A stretch of DNA of 45,153 bases from Thermoplasmatota archaeon (GTDB lineage: Archaea > Thermoplasmatota > JAKEGO01), in assembly GCA_028279595.1 (NCBI GenBank), contig JANQNK010000021.1, forward strand, positions 1 through 45,153, given 5' to 3'. Both the position numbers and the translations under genes were made by a program. The stretch's first letter is position 1. Each line of letters opens with the position of its first letter. The notes under the pieces were generated by a model, which saw nothing but the letters and a program-made list of their open reading frames with translations, searched no databases and was not told the origin of the DNA. Below, in pieces: positions 10,299 to 18,070 of this stretch.

Positions 10299-11075
10299 TC
10301 ACCATCTCCATTCCGGCTTCCTCTTCTCGAGGAACGACGTGATGCCCTCCTGCCCCTCCTCGGAGGCGCGGAGCTCGGCTATCATGATCGCGAAGTCCTC
10401 GTGGTCGCGCCGCTCCACGACCATCTGGACGAGGTCCTTCGCGTGTCCCATGGCGAGGGGTCCGCTGGACCTGAGCCTTGATATCGTATCGTCGACCGTC
10501 CTGTCGAGGAGGTCGTGGGGGACCACGGCGTCGACGAGCCCTATCTCGTATGCCCTGCTGGCGTCGACCCAGTCTCCCGAAATGAACAGCGGACGCGCCC
10601 GCGCCGGACCGATCCGCTCGATGACGAAGGGCGAGATGACGGCCGGGACGATCCCCAGCTTGACCTCGCTGAACCTGAACCTCGCCTTCTCCGATGCGAC
10701 CGCTATGTCGACGGCCGCGACCAGTCCGACGCCGCCCCCGACCGCGGGGCCGTTGATGCGGCCGATGACCGGTTTCTCGCACCCGTGGATCACTCCGAAC
10801 ATCCGGCCCATGGCCGTGCTGTCGGCGAGGTTCTCGTCGTAGGTGTACGTCGCCATCCTCTTCATCCAGTTCAGGTCCGCGCCAGCGCTGAAGGCGTCTC
10901 CCGCACCTGTGAGCACGACGACCTTGACATCGTCGTCGTCCTCGACCGCATGGAATGCATCTGTCAGCTCGGCGACCATGCGGTCGTCGAAGGCGTTCCG
11001 GATGTCGCTGCGGTTCAGCGTCACGCGGGCCACACCGTCGGCGGTGTCAACTGTGATAGTCTCGTATGACGACAT
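10299..11075 (-). CDS. Enoyl-CoA hydratase family protein (probable methylglutaconyl-CoA hydratase)
   Basis: RNAFD, FSAGADLNWM, GGGVGL, FSEVKLGIVPAVISP and FLEKRKP; adjacent to the MCC genes. Start taken at ATG 11075. Confidence 0.87.
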   Translation of the reverse strand: MSSYETITVDTADGVARVTLNRSDIRNAFDDRMVAELTDAFHAVEDDDDVKVVVLTGAGDAFSAGADLNWMKRMATYTYDENLADSTAMGRMFGVIHGCEKPVIGRINGPAVGGGVGLVAAVDIAVASEKARFRFSEVKLGIVPAVISPFVIERIGPARARPLFISGDWVDASRAYEIGLVDAVVPHDLLDRTVDDTISRLRSSGPLAMGHAKDLVQMVVERRDHEDFAIMIAELRASEEGQEGITSFLEKRKPEWRW

Positions 11076-11140
11076 TTTACCCCGTGGTCCATCTGGAGGA
11101 TGATTATAATAGTTTTCCTGGGTGACGGGGGGTTTCGACA

Positions 11141-11923
11141 TCAGTCGAACTTATCGAAGTTCGGTTTCCGTTTTTCGGCGAAAGCGTTAGAGCCCTCCCT
11201 GAACTCGTCGGTCCCTCCCGAGACGGAGAGGTACTTCCGTTCGACGGCCAGCTGCTCGTCCAGGTCGTTGACGTAGGCCCTCTGCATGAGCGATTTCGCC
11301 CTGGCCATGGCGATCCTGGGCTTTTCCGCGAGGATGTTTGCAACCTCCATCGCCCTGTCCATGAGGGCGTCGTCGTCAACGACCTCCGAGACCAGACCGA
11401 TCTCGAGGGCCTCGTCGGCCTTGACGTTCCTGCTGGTGAGGAGCATCTCCATGGACCTGGCGGCACCTGCGTGAAGGGCCAGAAGCCGGGTGCCGCACCC
11501 TGGCGCGAGACCCACCCTGAGGAATCCGGTGGTGAACATGGCCGACCTGCCTGCGATCTTCACATCGCACGCGAGGGCGATGCCGAGACCCGCTCCCACA
11601 GCTGCTCCGTTTATCGCCCCGATCACCGGCCTCGGGGAATCGCGGATCGCGTTGACGACCTTGTGGATGTTCCCGCCGAGCTTGTAGAGGAAGTCCTCCG
11701 GGTCCTCGGCCTGGGTCATCGCCTTGACGTCTCCGCCGGCTGTGAATGCCTTCCCCTTGCCGGTTAGCACTATCACCTTGGCATCCGATCTGGACACATG
11801 CTTGAGGGCGTCCTGAAGGTCAGCGAGTACCGGGAGGTTGAGCGAGTTCATGGCCTCCTCCCTGGCGATGCTGATCACGGCCACCTTGCCGACGATATCC
11901 AACTCGACGTGATCCCAAGTCAT
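11141..11923 (-). CDS. Enoyl-CoA hydratase/isomerase family protein (PaaG-like)
   Basis: FTAGGDV, INGAAVGAG-GIALACD, F-RVGLAP and FAEKRKPNF. Start taken at ATG 11923, after a TATA-like box at ~11945-11951. Confidence 0.87.
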   Translation of the reverse strand: MTWDHVELDIVGKVAVISIAREEAMNSLNLPVLADLQDALKHVSRSDAKVIVLTGKGKAFTAGGDVKAMTQAEDPEDFLYKLGGNIHKVVNAIRDSPRPVIGAINGAAVGAGLGIALACDVKIAGRSAMFTTGFLRVGLAPGCGTRLLALHAGAARSMEMLLTSRNVKADEALEIGLVSEVVDDDALMDRAMEVANILAEKPRIAMARAKSLMQRAYVNDLDEQLAVERKYLSVSGGTDEFREGSNAFAEKRKPNFDKFD

Positions 11924-12175
11924 GGTCGGCGATGACCGTCCACCATTTAATGGTTGTCGCAGACAGCCGTCGATCCCCGCGAACGTGAAGCGCAATGCTC
12001 CCTCGACCGAGTCGGGAGCGTATGCGTCAATGGTCGGGGTGGCAGGATAGTGTGTTGCACAGGGCCAGAACCCGGAGTGTTCACTCCTATGGTATAGCTG
12101 CCAGGAGTGTCAGGAGGTGGAGGTTACATTTCTTGAGGGTAAGGGTTTATATGTCCGGTCTCCTGTGCGAGGACC

Positions 12176-12409
12176 ATGTGCCTGGCGGTTCCGGGAGAGG
12201 TCGTCGAGATCGATATGCCGCAAGCCACCGTAGACTTCGGGGGCATCAAGAAGAGGGTCGATGTCAGTCTGGTCGAGCCGAAGATAGGCGACTATGTGGT
12301 CGTCCATGCCGGCTTTGCCATTGAGGTCCTCGACAAGGCCAGGGCCGAGGAGACCCTCGGACTCTGGAAGCAGATCCTCGAACTCGAGGAGAACAAGGTA
12401 CAGGACTGA
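12176..12409 (+). CDS. hypC: Hydrogenase maturation chaperone HypC/HupF
   Basis: MCLAVPG and GDYVVVHAGFAI; TTTATA at 12147-12152. Confidence 0.95.
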   Translation: MCLAVPGEVVEIDMPQATVDFGGIKKRVDVSLVEPKIGDYVVVHAGFAIEVLDKARAEETLGLWKQILELEENKVQD

Positions 12410-12439
12410 GTGGGACCGTCAAGCCTTAGGGGCCGCAGT

Positions 12440-13438
12440 ATGGAAGCACGATTCTACAGCGTCGCGGAAGGAAAGGTCCGCTGCGAGCTATGCTACCAGG
12501 GCTGCTCCATGGCTCCCGGTGAAACAGGACATTGCCGGGTCCGGAGGAACGAGGGCGGGGTCCTGAGGACGTTGATCTACGGGCTCGCCTCCGCGGTACA
12601 TGCGGATCCCATCGAGAAGAAACCGTTGTACCATTTCCACCCCGGCTCGGCCGCGCTTTCCTTCGGAACGTTCGGGTGCAACTTCCACTGCTCCTTCTGC
12701 CAGAACTGGGACATCAGCCAGAAGGACTGCGAGGATTGGGAGAGGCGTGGACGGAAGATATCAGTGGAGGACGTCGTCCGCATGGCCAAGGGTGCGGGTT
12801 GCGATGGTATTGCCTGGACCTACAACGAGCCGACCATTTGGCACGAGTTCACTTATGATGCGTCGATCGCTGCGAAGGAGGCTGGCCTTTACACATGTTA
12901 CGTCACCAACGGCTACATCCGGCCCGAGCCGCTGAGGGAGATGGCCCCGGTCCTCGACGCGATGAACATCGACGTCAAGGCGTTCAGGGACGAATTCTAC
13001 CAGAGATTCCCTGGTGCACATCTCAAACCCGTTCTGAACACGGCCGAACTCGCCGTCGAACTCGGGATCCATGTGGAGCTCACCTATCTCATCGTCCCGG
13101 GCGAGAATGACGACCCAGACGAACTGAGGGAGTTCGCTAAATGGTCCGTGGGTTCCCTCGGACCCGACGTTCCCCTGCATTTCTCGAGGTTCCACGGCGA
13201 CTACGAGATGAGGTCCCACGGCGGGACCCCGATGGAGACCATGGAGCTCGCCTACCGTACGGCAAGGGAGGAAGGGGCGAACTTCGTCTACCTGGGTAAT
13301 GTGAGGACGGACAAGGGCAACACCTTCTGCCCGGAATGCGGCGAAGTGCTGATCGACAGGTCCGGGTTCCACGTCTCGAGAATGATATCGACCTGCCCCG
13401 GCTGCGGATACGATCTCGATATCGTGGGTATGCCCTGA
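12440..13438 (+). CDS. amrS: AmmeMemoRadiSam-system radical SAM enzyme (PflA-like)
   Basis: CELC...CRVR, DPIEKKPLYHF, GCNFHCSFCQNWDISQ, TYNEPTIW, LHFSRFH, YLGNV and CPECG. Confidence 0.9.
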   Translation: MEARFYSVAEGKVRCELCYQGCSMAPGETGHCRVRRNEGGVLRTLIYGLASAVHADPIEKKPLYHFHPGSAALSFGTFGCNFHCSFCQNWDISQKDCEDWERRGRKISVEDVVRMAKGAGCDGIAWTYNEPTIWHEFTYDASIAAKEAGLYTCYVTNGYIRPEPLREMAPVLDAMNIDVKAFRDEFYQRFPGAHLKPVLNTAELAVELGIHVELTYLIVPGENDDPDELREFAKWSVGSLGPDVPLHFSRFHGDYEMRSHGGTPMETMELAYRTAREEGANFVYLGNVRTDKGNTFCPECGEVLIDRSGFHVSRMISTCPGCGYDLDIVGMP

Positions 13439-13440
13439 GG

Positions 13441-13704
13441 TCACATCCCGTCGAGACCGCCGAGCAACGATGTGAGACCGCCGATGTCGCTAGCGCTACG
13501 ATAGATACCGGTCAGCCTTTCAGCCGTCTCGACGTCTATACCCTGAAGGACCAGCTCCCTGTTGAACTCCTTCGCTGCGACGTCGACGGCGCCCTTGAAC
13601 CTGATGTACTCCCCCATGAACCTGAACATCAGTGTGGGGAGGGACGGGAGGACCGCGCCGAACATCTTCAGCGGATCGTTCCCGTCCTGTTCTTCCGGGT
13701 CCAT
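13441..13704 (-). CDS. Small hypothetical protein
   Basis: Last of three co-oriented genes; F-REL--QGI-ETA-RLT--Y resembles the upstream ORF. Confidence 0.7.
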   Translation of the reverse strand: MDPEEQDGNDPLKMFGAVLPSLPTLMFRFMGEYIRFKGAVDVAAKEFNRELVLQGIDVETAERLTGIYRSASDIGGLTSLLGGLDGM

Positions 13705-13709
13705 CGGAC

Positions 13710-14006
13710 CTACTCCTCGCCGCAGCCGTGGCCGTGGAAGTGTCCCATCTTACCGCTCATCGCCTTCCCGAGGTTCAGGGTAGACATGTACTGCTGGGTC
13801 AGCTGGAAAGCCTCCTCGTCGGTCATGCCTGCCTCCTTGAGCTCCTTGTAGAAGGTGGCGATGGACACTCCGAACTGCTTGGCCTGTTCGGGGCTGTAGA
13901 GTATGTCGCTGAGCTCCTTCAGGAGCCCGGGGACCTTCTCGGACACGACGTCGAGTATCTCCTTGATCTTCTCCGGGTCGGGTCCGCTTCCGTTTCCGTG
14001 CATCAT
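13710..14006 (-). CDS. Small hypothetical protein with His-rich C-terminus
   Basis: GGAGG RBS upstream; FYKELKEAGMTDEEAFQLTQQYM; ends GHFHGHGCGEE. Confidence 0.8.
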   Translation of the reverse strand: MMHGNGSGPDPEKIKEILDVVSEKVPGLLKELSDILYSPEQAKQFGVSIATFYKELKEAGMTDEEAFQLTQQYMSTLNLGKAMSGKMGHFHGHGCGEE

Positions 14007-14050
14007 CTGTCATTGCCTCCTATGTTCTGATAATACAACGTACGACCACA

Positions 14051-14482
14051 CTATATACGGATGCCGAGCAGATGTGACCACTTGTCGAGCACTTCCTGCG
14101 AGAGGCTGTATTCCTTTATGGTCCCGCTTGAGGCGACAACGATATCCTGGCCGACGAGGTCAGCAAGCTTCTCCCGGACGATGCGTCTTGAAGCGGTTCC
14201 CCTCTTCGAGCGCACCCTCTCGGTGATCTGGCTGATGTTCTGGCCACGGCCGTCGAGAAGTATCCTGACGATCTCCTTGGATATCGGGTCCTTGACCTCG
14301 GGAAGGATCGCGTCCGGAGTGAGGCCACCCTGCTCTGCGAGGATCTGGACCAGGCGGTAGTAGTTCTTTGCCGTGTCCTGCGCCCTCTGGAACGGTTCGA
14401 CGAGCTTGCTGATGGCGCTCTCGAGCTCGCCGATCCGGGCGTTCAGTCTCTTGATCTCCTCCGCAAGCTCTTCCTCGGCCAC
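14051..14482 (-). CDS. Coiled-coil plus winged-helix transcriptional regulator
   Basis: N-terminal heptads, then NISQITERVRSKRGTASRRIVREKL helix-turn-helix and a wing. Confidence 0.75.
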   Translation of the reverse strand: MAEEELAEEIKRLNARIGELESAISKLVEPFQRAQDTAKNYYRLVQILAEQGGLTPDAILPEVKDPISKEIVRILLDGRGQNISQITERVRSKRGTASRRIVREKLADLVGQDIVVASSGTIKEYSLSQEVLDKWSHLLGIRI

Positions 14483-14679
14483 GACATTCGTAGAGCGCGT
14501 GGATATTAACGTCTTACGGTGGAAGGAATGTCCCTTCGAAACGGCGAATGACCCCTGGTGATGCCCGTTGACGGCTTTCAGAAACGCCGTCGAGCGCGTT
14601 CGTTCGCCAGTGAGTGGGGATTGGATGGGGTCTGTGTGCCATCGTCGTAATTAAATACGATGTGTCCGGTTCATGGGGC

Positions 14680-15546
14680 ATGGAGACCGTCCTCAGATGG
14701 TACGGGGTCTTCGTCGTTGATGGCGACGACCTCGTGGAGGAGCATCCGTTCCAGGCCGACGAACTGGCCGGGAAGGTAGCCCACATGCTGAAGGGCGAGT
14801 GGTCCGAGGTGGACGGCCGCCTGTCCGGACCTCCGGAGGGATGGGTCGAGGGGGGATTGAGCGGCGGGACCGCTGGTGACAGTGTGGTCCCCGGTCCGGC
14901 GAACTACGGTTTCACGGAGACCGATCTCAGCGACGCGATCGCCGCGGCCGGAGAGGCCATCGCCCGCGAGGAACTCCGCTCGGACGATCAGGCCATAATC
15001 AGGATAGTCGACGCACTCGAGGACATCCAGCGCGCTGTCGTCCTGCTCGAGACTAGGGTCAGTGACTGGACCAAGGTCGACGGCTTCGCGGGGATCGAGG
15101 ACCCGCCGTCCCTCGAGGCGCTCAAGCGTTCACTGAAGGAGATCGAGACCGCCAAGGCGGCCCTGGAGAGCGAGCTGGAGACCATCGTCGAGGGCTGTGC
15201 CCCGAACACCGTCCGTTTGCTGGGCGCGTCAATAACGGCAAGCCTCATCGCCCGCGCCAGAGGTCTTGACAGACTTGCGCGGTTCCCGGCCGGCACCATC
15301 CAGATCCTGGGTGCCGAGAAGGCCTTCTTCAGGCACCTGAAGGGCGGGGGGAAGATGCCCAAGCACGGCTTCATCTACCAGCACCCATGGGTCCACCGGA
15401 CGCCGAGGAGGTCACGTGGGAAGGCCGCGAGGGCGCTGGCAGCCAAGACCGCCATCGCCGCCAGGGCAGACCATTACGGCGGTGACCTGGGCGACCAGCT
15501 CGTCACTGCGATGGAAGATAGGATCTCAAAGCTCATGAAAGAGTGA
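14680..15546 (+). CDS. nop5: Nop5/Nop56 family C/D-box sRNP protein
   Basis: APN--LLG, PAGTIQILGAEKAFFRHL, PKHGFIYQHP and RGKAARALAAK-AIAARAD; TATA (TAATTAAATA) about 25 nt upstream of ATG 14680. Confidence 0.9.
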   Translation: METVLRWYGVFVVDGDDLVEEHPFQADELAGKVAHMLKGEWSEVDGRLSGPPEGWVEGGLSGGTAGDSVVPGPANYGFTETDLSDAIAAAGEAIAREELRSDDQAIIRIVDALEDIQRAVVLLETRVSDWTKVDGFAGIEDPPSLEALKRSLKEIETAKAALESELETIVEGCAPNTVRLLGASITASLIARARGLDRLARFPAGTIQILGAEKAFFRHLKGGGKMPKHGFIYQHPWVHRTPRRSRGKAARALAAKTAIAARADHYGGDLGDQLVTAMEDRISKLMKE

Positions 15547-15657
15547 TCCGTCAACGGTCCATTCATTCGGTTCAAAGATCGACGCGCTTGGATGGCCCGA
15601 GGGGTCGTCATCGCGCGCGTCTACATAGTTAAAAGGGGTACCTGGAAGCCCGGTGAT

Positions 15658-16752
15658 TCATGCTGTACTGGCGAGCTCTGGCGGCAGGTATTTCCTCAGG
15701 CGTTCGAGGGCCCGCAGCCTGTCCCGGTCCCCGACCTTGGCCCTCTCGATCCCCTCACGGATGAAGTCGGTGGTCTCGTCCATGGCCTTCCTGTCCACCG
15801 GATAGGGGACGCCGTCCTTGCCGCCGACGGCGAAGGTGAACTTGAGCGGGTCGCTCCACGAGAGAGGGGTTCCGTGGACGAGTTCGGATATCAGTGCCAG
15901 CGCCCTCACGGTGGAGGGGCCGACGCCCCTGACGGCGATCAATTCCTCGTAGTTCTCCACACCCCGATCATAGGCCGCGCGGACGCCGTTCCAGTTGATC
16001 CCGGCAGGCAGGACGATGTGGTCCGAGCCGTCGGTGTAGTCGTCGAGCAGGGATTGGCCCCGCCTTCGCACGATGTAATCGCTGCGGTGCTCGTGGATGG
16101 CGTCGTTCACCAGATCGACCGAGGCGTTCCGGGCGTCGCCGACCTCCCTGTGGGTCATGTCGAGGACCTCCGGCTGGGGTGAGCCGAACATCCCGGCGTG
16201 CGGCTCCACGACGAAGTCGAGGCCTGGTCCGTCGATCCAGTGGTACCGCCGGGCCCACGACCTGGAGTGGCTCAGGCCCTGCTGGACCACCGCCCAATGC
16301 CCGCTCGAAGTGACGGCGATGGTGTGGTGGTAAAGGGAATAGGAGTCCTGGACCAGGGCGTTGTCGACCTTGGCGGTCAGCCTGCTGGCGTAGACCAAGG
16401 GCGACGGCGACAGGTCCATCCTGTCCGCTATCCCGGTGATCTCCTTCAGGGCGTTCAGGGACTGGCGCCCCTTCCCGCCGGCGATGGCGACGTTCTCGTT
16501 GTCCGCCAGTGCCTCACGCATCGCCCCCATCACGACGGTGGTCGTTCCTGAACTGTGCCAGTCGAACCCCAGGACGCAGGAGAATGCCTGGAACCGCAGG
16601 GGGTCGGCGAGCAGGCGGAGGACCTCGTCCTCACCCTTCTCCACGACGACGACCTCGGTGATCGCATCGGCCAGGGAGACCATCCGCTGGAAGAGCCATC
16701 GAGGGGCTTTACCCCCGTGGAGCGGGAGATCGGCCGTGCCCGTCCTGAGCAT
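15658..16752 (-). CDS. DUF763 domain protein
   Basis: ADLPLHGGKAP-WL, GFDWHSSGTTT, KVDNAL-QD, ARRYHW and FAVGGKDGVPYPV. Confidence 0.88.
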   Translation of the reverse strand: MLRTGTADLPLHGGKAPRWLFQRMVSLADAITEVVVVEKGEDEVLRLLADPLRFQAFSCVLGFDWHSSGTTTVVMGAMREALADNENVAIAGGKGRQSLNALKEITGIADRMDLSPSPLVYASRLTAKVDNALVQDSYSLYHHTIAVTSSGHWAVVQQGLSHSRSWARRYHWIDGPGLDFVVEPHAGMFGSPQPEVLDMTHREVGDARNASVDLVNDAIHEHRSDYIVRRRGQSLLDDYTDGSDHIVLPAGINWNGVRAAYDRGVENYEELIAVRGVGPSTVRALALISELVHGTPLSWSDPLKFTFAVGGKDGVPYPVDRKAMDETTDFIREGIERAKVGDRDRLRALERLRKYLPPELASTA

Positions 16753-16918
16753 GCCCGCAGGGATGGATCACTGGAACTATACGTGTATACTCTAGAGGAG
16801 TGAAAGTGAGCCGTGTGATAGGATACATGACTGGGGTGCAACGATCCCTGGATGGGCTGCGGGATCGCGCGCGATCCCATTGTGTCAAACGTATCAAGTT
16901 ATCCTACCATGCGATGTC

Positions 16919-17473
16919 TCAGAACATGTCCCTCTGGAAGAAGCGCTCCCTGAGGGTGCCCGGGAAATATCCTATCGGTATCAGGAGCAGGGTCGCGACG
17001 ATGAAGAGTGCCATCCCGGTGTTGCTGTATTCGAGATAATCGGGATAGGCCTGCAGGATGTACCCGGTCTGTAGGAGACGAGTTACGACGGCGGCGATGG
17101 CAGCGACCAGCCCGAGGCGCTTCCCGAACTCGATGCTGGCGAAGACGAGGAACAGTGCGAGGAACGCGAATATGATCGAGCTTGTGGCGCCCAGGAACGG
17201 ATGTGAACGGAGCGCTAACGCGGCTGCCACTGCGGCGAACGTGATGAATATCTGGATCCCGGGTTCGTATATCTCACGATATTGCCTTGCGATCGCATTT
17301 GCAGGACCGAACTCGGCGATGGCCTTCCTCATGCCCCTCCTCCTGCCGCCGTAGGACCTCGCACTTTCCTCCAGGTGGCCGCGCACCTCCTGGACGATGT
17401 CCTTCCTGACCCCTCCGGAGAGCATGAACAGCCTTCTTTCAAGGGTCCTGATGTAGGCATCGAGTTCGTTCAA
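16919..17473 (-). CDS. PadR-associated membrane protein (HAAS/DUF1700-like N-terminus)
   Basis: YIRTLERRL...DIVQEVRGHLEE...AIAEFGPANAIA followed by ~4 TM helices; TTG start overlaps the padR TGA, with GGGGGTGA upstream. Confidence 0.75.
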   Translation of the reverse strand: MNELDAYIRTLERRLFMLSGGVRKDIVQEVRGHLEESARSYGGRRRGMRKAIAEFGPANAIARQYREIYEPGIQIFITFAAVAAALALRSHPFLGATSSIIFAFLALFLVFASIEFGKRLGLVAAIAAVVTRLLQTGYILQAYPDYLEYSNTGMALFIVATLLLIPIGYFPGTLRERFFQRDMF

Positions 17474-17808
17474 TCGGTCACCCCCAGTACGTTCCTGACG
17501 CTCGAGGACATGTTGAGCCACTCCGCCTTGCCTTCGTCGAGGGCCGCCCTGCCCTCGGTGGTGATGGAGTAATACCTACGGGGCTTGTCGTTCTCGACGA
17601 TCCATTCGCTCTTGATGAGGCCCTTCTTCTCCATGCGGTGGAGGGCGGGGTAGAGGGTGCCATCCTTCAGTACGAGGTAGCCGTCGCTGCGCTCCTTCAA
17701 CTCCTTGATTATCTGGAATCCGTACTTGCGGTCCTCTCCAAGAAGTGATAGGATGCAGAGCTGGACGCTGCCCTTCTTCATCTCCCTGGACCATCCCTCG
17801 CGGGCCAT
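17470..17808 (-). CDS. PadR family transcriptional regulator
   Basis: KYGFQII, GTLYPALHRMEKKGLI and RRYYSITTEG. Start taken at ATG 17808. Confidence 0.93.
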   Translation of the reverse strand: MAREGWSREMKKGSVQLCILSLLGEDRKYGFQIIKELKERSDGYLVLKDGTLYPALHRMEKKGLIKSEWIVENDKPRRYYSITTEGRAALDEGKAEWLNMSSSVRNVLGVTD

Positions 17809-18070
17809 CGCCTTCGGATGGCGCTCGGGATATATCTCCTTTTGGGGGTCGAGGGCCTGAGTCGGCCTTGAGCCCGTGGATTTCGAATTCGCGGGGTTTT
17901 TTGAAGAGGGGGCATCCAAGCGGTAATACGCGAGTTTTATTTAAAAAAAGGGCTGTTTTCTAAAGAATAGGGTCAAGAGAACAAGGTAAATTATCCTATA
18001 AACAAGTGGACCAACGTTTATTTATATTGTTAATTCGCTCGACAACACAAAGCAAAATGGCGGTGCGTGT

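Noticed and set aside
11926-11975. GGCGATG... resembling the start of a fluoride riboswitch
   Set aside because: The P1 and pseudoknot partners do not match, it overlaps a TATA box, and there is no crcB-type gene downstream.
15580-15625. Hairpin followed by ACA after nop5, a possible H/ACA guide RNA
   Set aside because: The pseudouridylation pocket is too small and there is no K-turn or K-loop. Its position between convergent genes fits a terminator or stability hairpin better.
17930-18060. Second AT-rich tract as an alternative origin or foreign DNA
   Set aside because: No ORB-like motifs; explained as the promoter region of the large surface-protein gene.
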